From Thermodesulfobacteriota bacterium (GTDB lineage: Bacteria > Desulfobacterota > Desulfarculia > JACQYL01): a DNA stretch of 64,000 bases. This document shows positions 1 through 10,484 of this stretch, piece after piece. The position numbers were made by a program, and so were the translations under genes. The stretch's first letter is position 1. Each line of letters starts with the position of its first letter. Under the pieces are notes generated by a model. The model was not told the origin of the DNA. It did no database searches and saw only the letters and a list, made by a program, of their open reading frames with translations. Where the stretch lies: positions 1,152,001 through 1,216,000 of the forward strand of contig CAXXLZ010000001.1 of the NCBI GenBank assembly GCA_963675595.2, written 5' to 3'.

Positions 1-1203
1 CACAGATTCTCGCCGGCGCATCAGTCTCACCTGCTGGCGGAATTGGTCTGCTCCAATTCCTTCAGGTCCAATGTGCCCACGTCGGCCGTCGGCCTACTCA
101 AAGAAGAGCTTCGGGAACTGGGATCCCTTATCCTAAAAATTGCCGACGCCGCCCGAGTACCTGCAGGCAGAGCGCTTTCCGTGGATCGGGAGGAATTCAG
201 CCGTGAGATAACGCGGACTTTGGAAAGCAGGCGTGAAATCGAGATCATCCGCCGGGAAGTGGGTGAAATCGTCGAGGGGGAAGTGACCGTGATCGCCACC
301 GGTCCTTTGACCTCCGAGCCCATGCTGGAGGCCCTCCGGGCTCTTGCCGAGCCGCCCAATCTTTACTTCTACGATGCCATCGCACCCATTGTTTACGCGG
401 ACTCCGTGGATTACTCCAAGGTCTTCAAAGCCTCTCGGTATGAAGAAGGGGAAGGCGATTACATCAACTGTCCCCTCACGGAGGCTCAATACCGGGCCTT
501 TCTAGAGGCTTTGCTTGCCGCCGAACAGGTCCCTCTGCACGATTTCGAAGACCCCAGATTCTTCGAAGGGTGTTTGCCCATTGAGGTGCCTGCGTCACGG
601 GGAGTGATGACCTTGGCGTTCGGTCCCATGAAGCCCGTGGGACTGATCGATCCCCGGACCGGACAACGTCCTTATGCGGTGGTTCAGCTCAGGCCTGAGA
701 ACCGGGAGGGGTCATTATTCAACATGGTGGGATTTCAGACCAAGTTGAAACAAGGCGAGCAGGAAAGAGTGTTTCGGATGATTCCGGGTTTGGAAAACGC
801 GCGTTTTGCGCGGTTGGGCGGAGTACACCGGAACACCTTTGTTCACGGTCCTAAATGTCTTACCAATACGCTTCAGCTCAAGAATTTCGGCAACGTTCTT
901 CTTGCCGGACAAATCACCGGAGTTGAAGGCTACGTGGAGTCCACCGCCATGGGACTGCTGGCCGGAGTCAACGCCGCCCGCCTGCACCTGGGGCGACCTC
1001 TCGTGGTTCCCCCCGCCGAAACCGCAATAGGAGCCTTGGTCGGTCACGTGTCCGGCTCCTCCAGTTCCCATTTTCAGCCCATGAATGTCAATTTCGGACT
1101 CTTCCCTCCTCTCGGGCGACGAACTCCCAAAAAGGAACGAGGGTCGGCATACCGCGAGAGGGCTCTACGCAGCCTGGAGGACTGGAAGAGGTCCGCTCTG
1201 TGA
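1..1203 (+). CDS. trmFO: Methylenetetrahydrofolate--tRNA-(uracil-5-)-methyltransferase TrmFO (5' end lies before the window)
   Basis: Frame open from base 1; motifs [55 protein letters not shown]-like, QPMNVNFG. Confidence 0.95.
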   Translation, partial: HRFSPAHQSHLLAELVCSNSFRSNVPTSAVGLLKEELRELGSLILKIADAARVPAGRALSVDREEFSREITRTLESRREIEIIRREVGEIVEGEVTVIATGPLTSEPMLEALRALAEPPNLYFYDAIAPIVYADSVDYSKVFKASRYEEGEGDYINCPLTEAQYRAFLEALLAAEQVPLHDFEDPRFFEGCLPIEVPASRGVMTLAFGPMKPVGLIDPRTGQRPYAVVQLRPENREGSLFNMVGFQTKLKQGEQERVFRMIPGLENARFARLGGVHRNTFVHGPKCLTNTLQLKNFGNVLLAGQITGVEGYVESTAMGLLAGVNAARLHLGRPLVVPPAETAIGALVGHVSGSSSSHFQPMNVNFGLFPPLGRRTPKKERGSAYRERALRSLEDWKRSAL

Positions 1204-2126
1204 CCCCGCTCGGGGACTTCATCATGCATCGGGGAGCCCTGGGCGACTGGATCTTGTCTTTGCCTTTGCTCGAAGCGTTGGGTATGCGGTCTGAGAACGC
1301 ACCCACCACCATGGCCGTTAAAAGAGCTTTCATTCCCTTGCTGGAAGGTGTTGAGGCTAAGTTTGTGGGCCTTGATTCGGAGGACTACAGGCTTTCCGCC
1401 TTATGGAGGGAAGGGGGAGCGGAATTAGGCGGTTTGGGACCTTTCAAGCGGGTCTGCGTCTTCGGCCGGCAGGCCGATTCTCTGCTTCTCGAGAATCTAT
1501 CGGCTTGGAGCGAAGAACCTCCTCTGTTTGTTTCAACCTTTCCTGAAGAGGGGCGAAGAATTCACGTCCTGGACCATCAACAGGAAATTATGGAGCGGGT
1601 GGGCTTGGAGCCGGTGGTTCGGCGTCCGAGAATTCTTCCTCCACGTCACCGACTTGACGAGGCGGGAAGGCTTCTCGCCTCCTTGGGAGTGAACGGACGC
1701 CCCATCGCCGTGCATATGGGGAGCGGGGGGGTTCGAAAAAACTGGCCTCCGGAGTGCTTCGAAGCGATGATCCGTACTATCGAGAATCAAGGCCTGGGGG
1801 ATGTGGTCTTGATCGAGGGGCCTGCGGAGCGCTCAAACCATCCGATCCCGGAGGGAGTTCGACGTTTGAGCAATCTTCCTCTGCACCTCCTGGCCGCAGT
1901 GTTGACGGAAAGTTGCTGCTATATAGGGAATGATTCCGGAGTGACACATCTGGCGGCCGCGGTGGGAACACGCACCTTCGCCGTGTTCGGGCCGACGGAC
2001 CCACGCGTGTGGGCCCCACGAGGGTCCCATGTGACCGTGTTGGGCGGTTCGGATTCCGGAGGTTTCCCACTCAAGGAGCAGGTTGTCCGTGAAGTGGGAG
2101 CGAGTGTTTCTCCCCGTTCAATGTGA
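1200..2126 (+). CDS. Glycosyltransferase family 9 (heptosyltransferase-like)
   Basis: GALGD motif, [34 protein letters not shown]; GTGA overlap with the trmFO stop. Confidence 0.9.
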   Translation: MTPLGDFIMHRGALGDWILSLPLLEALGMRSENAPTTMAVKRAFIPLLEGVEAKFVGLDSEDYRLSALWREGGAELGGLGPFKRVCVFGRQADSLLLENLSAWSEEPPLFVSTFPEEGRRIHVLDHQQEIMERVGLEPVVRRPRILPPRHRLDEAGRLLASLGVNGRPIAVHMGSGGVRKNWPPECFEAMIRTIENQGLGDVVLIEGPAERSNHPIPEGVRRLSNLPLHLLAAVLTESCCYIGNDSGVTHLAAAVGTRTFAVFGPTDPRVWAPRGSHVTVLGGSDSGGFPLKEQVVREVGASVSPRSM

Positions 2127-2553
2127 TCGTGTAATCCCCTTTGCTCTCGTCGTACTCCATGAGCCCCGCCAGAGAATAGTACGCCGGCCGGAGAAATCTT
2201 GCCGGCAGAGCGCCTTGTCTCACCATGGCATACAAGACGTTTTCCTTACCGATCCAAAGAGAATCGGTGTCCAGAACCTCTTCAGTGTCGTCGTTTAGAT
2301 AAACCGTGACGACTTCTTTACCATCCGCCTTGGTGACTTCGATATGCCGAATGACCAGGGGCGTGTCTTCCACGTCCACTTCGCACAGCCGACCCGCCCA
2401 TCGGATCAGATACCGACCTTGCTCGTCTCTGAAGAGATGCTTGTAGAATTCAAGCACAAACTCGCGATGAATCATGGGGCTTCCACGATGGTACCAATTT
2501 CCGTTTTTATCTATGGTAATCAAACACTTGGGTGTTTCTTCCGCAGAGTTCAT
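2071..2553 (-). CDS. DUF1285-like protein
   Basis: ITIDKNGNWYH.G, VDVEDTP, LNDDTEE, ARFLRPAYY pattern; ATG at 2553 chosen as start. Confidence 0.75.
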   Translation of the reverse strand: MNSAEETPKCLITIDKNGNWYHRGSPMIHREFVLEFYKHLFRDEQGRYLIRWAGRLCEVDVEDTPLVIRHIEVTKADGKEVVTVYLNDDTEEVLDTDSLWIGKENVLYAMVRQGALPARFLRPAYYSLAGLMEYDESKGDYTITLNGEKHSLPLHGQPAP

Positions 2554-2754
2554 GGAATCATTTCCCTTAAAAGGAGGAAAGGTCCGAAAGACTTGGGCCC
2601 TGTAGGCACGGAAACGGCGCAAGACTCCGCCGGTGCGCCGAGCAAACGGATGCAACTCGCACTTCGGAGCGACGGAATAGGGAAGAGTCGGGCCGACTCT
2701 CTATGACTCGCCGTTGACATTGGTCACTCCGCCTTGCCGGTATGGCCGGACGGC

Positions 2755-3204
2755 TCAGAACAGCCTTCCGCTATCGAGCAGGAAAGTCACCGGCCCGTCG
2801 TTGATTAGGTGGACATCCATCATGGCCTGAAAGCGGCCGGTATCTACGCGAATGCCCTTTCCTTTCATGCCGTCGACGAAGTATTGATAAAGCCGCTCGG
2901 CTTCGTCCGGCGGCGCGGCCTGGGTGAAGGAAGGCCTCCGCCCTTTACGGCAGTCTCCCCAAAGGGTGAATTGGGAAACCACCAATGCCGAAAGGTTGCG
3001 ATCCAGCAGTGAGTGGTTCATCTTTCCGTCGTCGTCTTCAAATATGCGTAAATGGATTGTTTTTTCCACAAGATAGTCGGCATCCTTTTCAGTGTCGTCG
3101 CGGCCGATTCCCAGAAAGATGAGGAGACCCGAACCAATGCGCCCGACGCATTCTTCCTTCACCATTACCCAGGCGTTCTCCACTCTTTGCAGCACAGCCC
3201 TCAT
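2755..3204 (-). CDS. dtd: D-aminoacyl-tRNA deacylase
   Basis: [39 protein letters not shown]; GGAGG RBS before ATG 3204. Confidence 0.96.
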   Translation of the reverse strand: MRAVLQRVENAWVMVKEECVGRIGSGLLIFLGIGRDDTEKDADYLVEKTIHLRIFEDDDGKMNHSLLDRNLSALVVSQFTLWGDCRKGRRPSFTQAAPPDEAERLYQYFVDGMKGKGIRVDTGRFQAMMDVHLINDGPVTFLLDSGRLF

Positions 3205-3372
3205 GTCGGTCCTCCCGTCGGATCTTCGGAATTCGTCTCCGACCGTTCCTTTGCCGTGGTCAACGTTTTCGTGCCTGTTTAGCCATTTTGCCTCGAAGAC
3301 ACAAGCGGTTTTCGACATTGGGACTGCGACCAAACGCTTGAGAAGCCATGGATCCACTCATAGAATGCGGCC

Positions 3373-4716
3373 ATGAACACACCCCTCATTCTGTTGGTCA
3401 ATCCTTGGATCTACGATTTCGCCGCGTATGACCTCTGGGCGAAGCCTCTGGGACTTCTGTATCTCGCGGGAATCCTCCGTTCGCGGGGCTTTCGACTCCG
3501 TTACTGGGACGGCATGGATCCCTTTTCCTTTCCACACGACGGATCTCACCCCACCATGCGGGCATACGGCACGGGGAAGTTCCTTCGGGAAGAGGTGGCT
3601 CCGCCGAAACCTTTGAGCTCGATTGGGAGACGCTACTTCCGCTACGGTTTCTCTCCACAGGTATTTCAAGATTTTCTGGAATCGTTGCGCATCGACCCAC
3701 CGGATGCCGTTTTTGTGACTTCCATCATGACGTATTGGTATCCGGGCGTTTTTGAAGCCATTGGAATGATACGGAAGGTCTTTCCAAAGGTCCCGGTGCT
3801 TCTGGGAGGCATCTACGCCACGTTGTGCACGGAGCATGCCCTGAAAGGGGCGCAGGCGGATCGGGTGGTCAGGGGTCCGGGTGAGAGCGAGGTCCTGAAA
3901 TACTTAGACTCATCTCTTAAGTTATCACCTGAACCACCTGAAAATGAAGAACTATTTTCAGTGTACCCATCGCTCGATTTGATTTGCCGTCCCCGGTACA
4001 TTTGCATGCTCACCAGCCGAGGCTGCCCTTATCATTGTCACTATTGCGCCTCCAAAGAGCTTTTCTCCGGGTTTCTGGAGCGGGAACCGGAACAAATCTA
4101 TGGGGAGCTGAATTACTGGGTGAAGACCCTCGGCGTGACGGACGTGGCGTTCTACGACGACGCTCTTTTGGTCAACGGCAAGAGCAGGATCGAGCCTTTT
4201 CTAAGTCGGGTGGCGGCCGAAGGACCCCGAGTGCGATTCCATGCGCCCAACGGCATGCACTTGAACCGAATCACTCCGCCTCTGGCTCGAATGCTCATGA
4301 AATCCGGATTCGAGACGCTGAGGTTCGGGTATGAGTCATCGGATCACGATTGGCACGCCCGGACCGGCGGGAAATTAAGGAGCGGAGACTTAGGGCGGAG
4401 CCTGGGATACTTGAAGAGTGCCGGCTTTGGTCGGGAGCAGTTGGGGTTCTATATTCTTATGGGGTTGCCGGGTCAGTCGCCGCGACAGGTGGAGGCAAGT
4501 ATCAGGGATATCAAAGAAGCCGGGGGGTCGCCCATGACCGCCGAGTATTCCCCCATTCCGGGCTCCGCCATGTGGGCCGAGGCTCTTAAAACCGCAAGAT
4601 ACGACATTGAAGCGGAACCTCTGTTCCATAACAACACGTTGATGTCCTGTGCGGCCTCCGGGTTCACCCCGGACAGAATTCGGGAACTCAAGAACTTGAA
4701 AAAGGGTGTCACCTGA
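3373..4716 (+). CDS. B12-binding domain radical SAM protein
   Basis: LLVNPWIYDF, PLGLLYLA, GGIYATL, SRGCPYHCHYC (CxxxCxxC), FYDDALL. Confidence 0.9.
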   Translation: MNTPLILLVNPWIYDFAAYDLWAKPLGLLYLAGILRSRGFRLRYWDGMDPFSFPHDGSHPTMRAYGTGKFLREEVAPPKPLSSIGRRYFRYGFSPQVFQDFLESLRIDPPDAVFVTSIMTYWYPGVFEAIGMIRKVFPKVPVLLGGIYATLCTEHALKGAQADRVVRGPGESEVLKYLDSSLKLSPEPPENEELFSVYPSLDLICRPRYICMLTSRGCPYHCHYCASKELFSGFLEREPEQIYGELNYWVKTLGVTDVAFYDDALLVNGKSRIEPFLSRVAAEGPRVRFHAPNGMHLNRITPPLARMLMKSGFETLRFGYESSDHDWHARTGGKLRSGDLGRSLGYLKSAGFGREQLGFYILMGLPGQSPRQVEASIRDIKEAGGSPMTAEYSPIPGSAMWAEALKTARYDIEAEPLFHNNTLMSCAASGFTPDRIRELKNLKKGVT

Positions 4717-4947
4717 GGGCCGCGAACTCGCTGAGCGATGGATCGAAAGCGGTCTCCTGGAGATGAAGTCGCTTTGCACCGGACAGGTAAAAGGGCGGTG
4801 AAGAACCGAACATTTGCTCGGCCGCCCGGACGTTTCGGATTTGCCGGAGATTCGAAGATCGCTGACAAGCGCGGTGGCGAAAGTGTTTTCGCTCTCACGC
4901 GCACCGGTTGGGGTAACCGGCTGCGGTGCGAGCGGGACGGAGGTTGG

Positions 4948-5268
4948 CTACCAAAGATAGAAGTCGTACAGGTCCCAGTGATCCTCTCTGCTGCACAAAA
5001 TGTCGGGAGGGTCGTAGCTCCTGATGAAGGGGCAGGACTTGCCGCAGGAAAAAGTCCTCCATTTGTTCCGTACGGCTTGGTCGAGACACTGATCGTAGGC
5101 GATGCAATAAAGGTTGCGCCTGCCGCTTCGCGCCTCGGGAGCCGGGATCGGCCATCGTCTTCGGATGGGGACGCAGGCGGAAATAGGAACCACCTCCTTT
5201 GGGGGAAAAAAGGTGAGGTCATTGGTTTTCCCACAAAGTCTGATACACCTATGATAGGATACTGGCAT
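4948..5268 (-). CDS. Small Cys-rich hypothetical protein (putative Zn-binding)
   Basis: RNLYCIAYDQCLDQAVRNKWRTFSCGKSCP resembles a small deltaproteobacterial family recalled from memory; start uncertain. Confidence 0.55.
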   Translation of the reverse strand: MPVSYHRCIRLCGKTNDLTFFPPKEVVPISACVPIRRRWPIPAPEARSGRRNLYCIAYDQCLDQAVRNKWRTFSCGKSCPFIRSYDPPDILCSREDHWDLYDFYLW

Positions 5269-5379
5269 GAAATCGGTGTGACGTCAATGAGTAATTTTCT
5301 TGCCCTTCCGCCGGGCCCTGTTCGGTAAGCGCTTTCTTTCATTCACCTTCGGTGGATCCCCCCGAAATTTCGCCTCGGT

Positions 5380-6201
5380 TCAACCGAATTTCACCCCGAA
5401 AAAACGCTCCGTGTTCGACTTGCTTACCCGGGCCGCTTCCTCAACCGAACATCCGTAGATTTCCGCAACCAGACGCAAGGTGTCGAGCACGTTCACGGGG
5501 CGTGACGGCCCTTGCCCGAAGTCCACGGGGGCATCTGTCTCCAACAATAGCGCTTCCCGCGGAGCCCGTCGCACCGCCTCGCGATGCGCTTCGCTATAAG
5601 CCAGAGCGGGGGTCGCGGAAATGAAATAGCCTTCATCGAGCAGTGCCGCCAACACGTCTGAAGGGCCGGAATACCAATGAAATACGGCCTTCCTGATCGC
5701 CGATTCACGCAGCATCTCCAGACATCGCGCATGAGAATATCTTGAGTGAACGATCACCGGTTTCCCGAAACGGCGAGCGGACTCCAACAACCGGCTGAAG
5801 ACCTGTTTCTGTAGGGCCTTCGTCGCATGGTATTTGTAATCCAAACCCACTTCCCCCAACGCTAGAGCGGAGGGAAGTCGTTGAATGAGGCGTTCCGTTT
5901 CGTATTCCCAGGATTCCGGTTTAACCATCCATGGATGCAGCCCCACAGCGACGTGCACAAATCCGGGGTGCTTCTCCGCAAGTTCCATGATCCTGCGGTT
6001 GCCCACTTCCTCCATTCCGACTCCGACAACAGCCGCAACACCCGCCTTGCGTGCCTCCTCAAGGTGTTGCTCCACTTCGGGAATGCGATCCAGATGGACG
6101 TGACCGTCCACGATCCCCAAACCAGTTCCCCCGTCATTTGCCGTAATCTCCAAACCGGACTCCTTTATGGATCGTGAGTTACCCTCCTTTTTTCGATTCA
6201 C
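5380..6201 (-). CDS. tatD: TatD family metal-dependent hydrolase
   Basis: DGHVHLD, VGLHP, GEVGLDY, VHSR, FHWYSG, LLETDAP; true start probably somewhat downstream of 6201. Confidence 0.92.
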   Translation of the reverse strand: MNRKKEGNSRSIKESGLEITANDGGTGLGIVDGHVHLDRIPEVEQHLEEARKAGVAAVVGVGMEEVGNRRIMELAEKHPGFVHVAVGLHPWMVKPESWEYETERLIQRLPSALALGEVGLDYKYHATKALQKQVFSRLLESARRFGKPVIVHSRYSHARCLEMLRESAIRKAVFHWYSGPSDVLAALLDEGYFISATPALAYSEAHREAVRRAPREALLLETDAPVDFGQGPSRPVNVLDTLRLVAEIYGCSVEEAARVSKSNTERFFGVKFG

Positions 6202-6398
6202 TGCGCCCGTCGGACCGGAATGCGGAAAGAAGGATGGAGGACTTCATAGCGCGCTGCGGCGCCCATGTTACGGGCATCATACCGAATCGGCACAATTCTG
6301 AAAATCAGGAATGGTCCCGGCGGGAGTGGGAGGCGACCGTGCGGAAGAATAGGGGAATTATTCGGTGTTTGGGCCTTGGTAGGCAGGGATGCGGGAGT

Positions 6399-7187
6399 TC
6401 ACAGATACCGCTTGCCCATGCCCTTCATGTTGATCCGATAGCCGATGTTTGCTTGGGAAACCGGCGTGTCCTTCAATTCAAAAGGCCCGCGTTTCGCTTG
6501 AAAGCGAGCGTTTTCCGAGCCGGCGTCCTCCACGGAATAAGAGGTTTGGATGAAACCGGGGTCCGGCGAGTCTTCTTTCTTGGTATGCAGGAGAGTCAGC
6601 AGGGTAAAGGCGGTTGCCGTGCGCCCGTTGTCCATTTCGAGAAAAGCCCGACGACTTTCTTGGGCCACGGAGAAGCGAAAGCTTTTGTTTCCCTGGTCGG
6701 AACCGGCGGCATTCATACCCCGGGTGATGTCCAAAGTGACGTTGGACACCGTCACCAAGTCCCGTGCTTCTTTCAGCGCTTCTTCTTGCTCCTCGGTCCT
6801 GGGGAAGACTTCATTGAGCGCGGTGAGAGGATCGTCGCTGTTGTCGGCGTCGCCCGACATTGTTCCGGATATGAGCGCTTCTAAGAGCCCTTCGGAAATG
6901 CCCCGTATCAGGTCTTCCCCGCCGGAGGACGGCTCTTTGGCCTTCAGCTCACGGAGCGCTCTGAGCAGTTCCTCAAAGTCGGAAGGTTGAGAGACGTCGT
7001 CCGGGGCGGACACCGGGGGCTTACTGTTTTGCGAATCGGTTGTCGGACCCGCCGATAGGCTGACCCGGTCTTTCGGACCCGTCGAGGCGTCATCCGGGGT
7101 CTGCTTCACCGGCCTTTCGGCCTCACCCGTGATCGAAGGGGTCTCTCTCCCCGTGAAGAGCTGCTGCAATAGGTTGACGGGATCCAT
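6399..7187 (-). CDS. Hypothetical protein, probably sigma28-regulated
   Basis: ORF with AAAGGA RBS before ATG 7187; low-complexity N-terminus with DRVSLS motif. Confidence 0.65.
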   Translation of the reverse strand: MDPVNLLQQLFTGRETPSITGEAERPVKQTPDDASTGPKDRVSLSAGPTTDSQNSKPPVSAPDDVSQPSDFEELLRALRELKAKEPSSGGEDLIRGISEGLLEALISGTMSGDADNSDDPLTALNEVFPRTEEQEEALKEARDLVTVSNVTLDITRGMNAAGSDQGNKSFRFSVAQESRRAFLEMDNGRTATAFTLLTLLHTKKEDSPDPGFIQTSYSVEDAGSENARFQAKRGPFELKDTPVSQANIGYRINMKGMGKRYL

Positions 7188-7250
7188 GGTCCTTTCCGTG
7201 AATAGGCGATGAACTTCTTCGCCTTGCATGGAGGAAAGCGCTTGGTTCAA

Positions 7251-7277
7251 TTATCGGCATGAGGGTGCAATACTTGA
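7251..7277 (-). promoter_or_regulatory. Sigma28 (FliA)-type promoter
   Basis: Minus strand TCAA-N15-GCCGATAA; consensus is TAAA-N15-GCCGATAA. Confidence 0.75.
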
Positions 7278-7383
7278 GGCAATAACACGGAGGCTGCAGG
7301 AGAACTCAGCGGAGAATTACCTGGAATCCATAGGACCGAGAGAATAGGGATGGTAGAAGCATCGTCGACTTCCGAAACAACAG

Positions 7384-7920
7384 CTATCCCCCTTTGATTT
7401 GGGAACCGGTCCCCCCTCCAAACATAGAGGCGGCTTCTCCGGTGGGATCGGAAGCCTGTGTGACGGCATTGGCCGCTTGGGTTGCCGCGGCTTCGTCTTC
7501 CCCGTTCCCCTCTCCACGGGGATCTTCCGAATGCTCTCCGGATGCCGAAGGATCAAAGAAAGAAGTCGCTACCGCGTGTTTGGGAACCAAGGGAGAGTCG
7601 GACATGTCGAGGTCGGCACCGGTGTCCCCCGAGGTGACGGGGTGGACGTCGTTTTGGAAGCTCGAGCCGCCGAGCGCCAGCTCAAGATTGAAAGTCATGT
7701 TCTCGAATTGAGTCGATGTAAACTGGGACTTCCGAATTTCGTCAAGGACGGCAAGATACAAGGCTTCTTCAATGGCTTCTTTACGGGACTCGTTCCCATT
7801 GGAGGAAGAAAGGCTCACCACGTCCTCCGGGGGAGCTTCCCCGGCGGAGACGGTCGTCGTCGATTGGGGCTGCAGCGGCGCGGCCGGAGGCGCCCCTCGC
7901 CTGATTTCGGTGAGTTCCAT
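7384..7920 (-). CDS. Hypothetical low-complexity acidic protein
   Basis: GGGAG RBS before ATG 7920; EDVVSLSS motif similar to the neighbouring gene. Confidence 0.6.
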   Translation of the reverse strand: MELTEIRRGAPPAAPLQPQSTTTVSAGEAPPEDVVSLSSSNGNESRKEAIEEALYLAVLDEIRKSQFTSTQFENMTFNLELALGGSSFQNDVHPVTSGDTGADLDMSDSPLVPKHAVATSFFDPSASGEHSEDPRGEGNGEDEAAATQAANAVTQASDPTGEAASMFGGGTGSQIKGG

Positions 7921-8234
7921 GTTTATCTCCCTGATTCGGTGGACTTTGAGCCGTTCGCCTTCAACAGGTACCGAGATGCCTCGGAAGGAAAACCCATGAA
8001 ATGATTCCATCGAAATAGAACTTCACATAAAGATACATCGGCCTGTGTGAGATTGTCAAATATCTACGGTTTGAGAACGAGAAACGGAAGAGAGAGGGCC
8101 GACTTGACCTGCCGAACGGGAGAGGGTGATCAGAAAAACCAGGTTTGGCAAAGCGCGGAGATGCCGGCTTGCGGAGATTTTGAGGGTATCACCCGCCCGG
8201 ATTCCGTGTGTGATCTTCCTGACTCCCGGCGGTG

Positions 8235-8266
8235 AAAAAAAGGGACCCCTATAAGGGGCCCCTTTT
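8235..8266 (-). terminator. Rho-independent terminator after fhs
   Basis: Minus strand AGGGGCCCCT-TAT-AGGGGTCCCT followed by a T run. Confidence 0.8.
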
Positions 8267-8308
8267 ATGTTCGAGTGCGAAATCTCGTTTGTTTCGTTCA
8301 GATTCCGC

Positions 8309-10072
8309 TTAGAACAGGCCTTTGACCTTCCCGGCGTCCACGTCCACGTCCACGCGACGGAAGGCGGGGTCGGAAGCTGTTCCGGGCATCAGGGTAATGG
8401 CACCGGCCACCGGCACCACGAACCCGGCGCCGCCGTAGGTCAGGATATCTCTCACGAACAACCGCCAGTTCTTGGGCACGCCCTTGATGGCGGGATTGTC
8501 GCTGAGGGAGAGGTGAGTCTTGACCATGCAGGTTCCCAACTTGGAAAGGACGGGGTCCTTTTCGATCTTTTCCGCTCTCGCGGCGGCGGCGGGGGAGTAA
8601 TCCACGCCGTCGGCGCCGTACACCTTGGTGGCCATCAGTTCAAGGCGCTGACGCAGGGGAAGTTCCAGGTCGTACAGGAACTTGAAGTTGTTTTCTTCCT
8701 TGCACGCGTCCACAACCGCATCGGCGAATTCGAGTGCGCCGTCGCCGCCCTTTTCCCAGTGACGGCTGAGGGCCACGCGGGCGCCTGCCGCTTCGGCGAT
8801 ACGGCGTACGGCCTTAATTTCGTTGTCCGTATCGGTGTAGAAGGCGTTGATGCACACCACGGGATTGATCCCGGCGGTCTTGACGGTGTTGATGTGGTGC
8901 ACCAAGTTGGCGCAACCGGCTTCCACCCAACCCACGTTTTCGCTGCTGTACTCTTGAGGCATGGGACGGCCGGGAACCGGGATGGGGGCGCCGCCGTGGC
9001 ACTTGAGGGCCCGGATGGTGGCGACGATCACCGCACAATGGGGCTTGAGGCCGCTGAAACGGCATTTGAGGTTCCAGAACTTCTCAAAACCGATATCCGC
9101 TCCGAATCCGGATTCCGTCACATGGTAATCGCTCAGTTTCAAGGCCACGCGGTCGGCGATGATGGAGCTTTGACCGATGGCGATGTTGGCGAAGGGACCG
9201 GCGTGCACGAATACCGGCTGACCTTCCAAAGACTGAAGCAGGTTGGGATTGAGGGCTTCAAGCATCCAGGCGGTCATGGCGCCGTCGACTTCCAGGTCGC
9301 CCGTGGTGACCGGGTCGCCCTTCTTGTTGTAAGCCACTACGATCTTGCCCATACGTTCCCGCATGTCCTTGAGATCGCGTGCCACTGCGAGGATGGCCAT
9401 GATTTCGGAGGAGACGGCGATACCGAACTTGGACTGCATCATGAAGCCGTCCATCTTGCCGCCCATACCGATGATGATGTTCCGGAGAGCCTGTGCGCAA
9501 AAGTCGATGATCCAGCCCATTTCGACGTTTCTGGGATCGATGTTCAGTCTGGGCTGGTTCCGCTTGGCCCACTGTTCGTCGTCATAGTTGGATTCGTGCT
9601 GCATCCTGGCGGTGAGAGCGACCATGGCCAGGTTGTGAGCGTTCATGATGGCATTGATGTCGCCGGTAAGACCGAGGGAGAAGGGGGTCAACGGGATGCA
9701 CTGCGCCAAACCGCCGCCCGCGGCACTGCCCTTGATGTTCATGGTGGGACCGCCGGAAGGTTGCCGAATGGCCGCGGTCACGTTCATGCCGCGCTTTCCG
9801 AGGCCCTGGACGAGGCCCATGGTCGAGGTGGACTTGCCTTCGCCCAGCGGGGTCGGGGTGATCGCGGTGACGTCGATGTACTTGCCGTCAGGCCGATCTT
9901 TGAGGCGTTCGAGGACCTTCTTGAAATCCACTTTGGCCACATAATGACCGTGGGGAAGAAGCTCTTCCTTGTCGAGCCCCAGCTCTTCCGCGAGCTGGTC
10001 GACTTTCTTCATCCGGGACTCCGCCTCTTCTGCAATTTCCCAGTCCGCATGTTTGGTTGGATCCAGCGCCAT
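8309..10072 (-). CDS. fhs: Formate--tetrahydrofolate ligase
   Basis: [62 protein letters not shown]; GGAGGAG RBS. Confidence 0.98.
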   Translation of the reverse strand: MALDPTKHADWEIAEEAESRMKKVDQLAEELGLDKEELLPHGHYVAKVDFKKVLERLKDRPDGKYIDVTAITPTPLGEGKSTSTMGLVQGLGKRGMNVTAAIRQPSGGPTMNIKGSAAGGGLAQCIPLTPFSLGLTGDINAIMNAHNLAMVALTARMQHESNYDDEQWAKRNQPRLNIDPRNVEMGWIIDFCAQALRNIIIGMGGKMDGFMMQSKFGIAVSSEIMAILAVARDLKDMRERMGKIVVAYNKKGDPVTTGDLEVDGAMTAWMLEALNPNLLQSLEGQPVFVHAGPFANIAIGQSSIIADRVALKLSDYHVTESGFGADIGFEKFWNLKCRFSGLKPHCAVIVATIRALKCHGGAPIPVPGRPMPQEYSSENVGWVEAGCANLVHHINTVKTAGINPVVCINAFYTDTDNEIKAVRRIAEAAGARVALSRHWEKGGDGALEFADAVVDACKEENNFKFLYDLELPLRQRLELMATKVYGADGVDYSPAAAARAEKIEKDPVLSKLGTCMVKTHLSLSDNPAIKGVPKNWRLFVRDILTYGGAGFVVPVAGAITLMPGTASDPAFRRVDVDVDAGKVKGLF

Positions 10073-10264
10073 AAATGCTCCTCCTTACGATGTCTTTTCT
10101 CCTGGTGGTTGTTACACGCGCAAATTGCATTAATTTGCTAAAATCATCACAAGAACGCCCGAGAACAGACGTCTCCTGTCGGGGACTGACGCCTTCCTCG
10201 TAGCATGGGTTCTTTTCTTTAACAATTTCGGGATTATCCAACGACAATATCCCAAATTTGCCGA

Positions 10265-10294
10265 ACTATATCCAAAGAACCTTTTTTTTGTCAA
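10265..10294 (-). promoter_or_regulatory. Sigma70-like promoter for fhs
   Basis: Minus strand TTGACA-N18-TATAGT. Confidence 0.6.
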
Positions 10295-10340
10295 GTGAAA
10301 AGCGGAACGAGACTTGCTCTGGGGGCGCAATTACCCGCGG

Positions 10341-10369
10341 TTGACACGAGGCATTCCGCCTCCTATAAA
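10341..10369 (+). promoter_or_regulatory. Sigma70-like promoter for the ABC operon
   Basis: TTGACA-N17-TATAAA. Confidence 0.6.
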
Positions 10370-10484
10370 TAGTTTTCATTCGGTGCCCCCAACCCATTGG
10401 TTTCAAAGCTTATCCCGCACTGGAATCCGAGGCGACCGGCGAAAACGCTTCTCCAATTCCATTGCTCGGTCTCCGGTAGCCCTT

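Noticed and set aside
3373-4716. First B12-radical SAM as a RiPP maturase
   Set aside because: It has no RRE-like extension and no adjacent co-oriented precursor ORF.
4473-5342. Long overlapping ORFs 4473-5342 (-) and 4738-5328 (+)
   Set aside because: No recognisable motifs and composition typical of non-coding frames; the Cys-rich 4948-5268 ORF is the more plausible gene.
8267-10141. 624-aa plus-strand ORF
   Set aside because: Antisense to fhs, a typical high-GC shadow ORF. The same applies to 14535-16241, 11992-13305, 42948-43943, 49265-50464 and 62921-63991.
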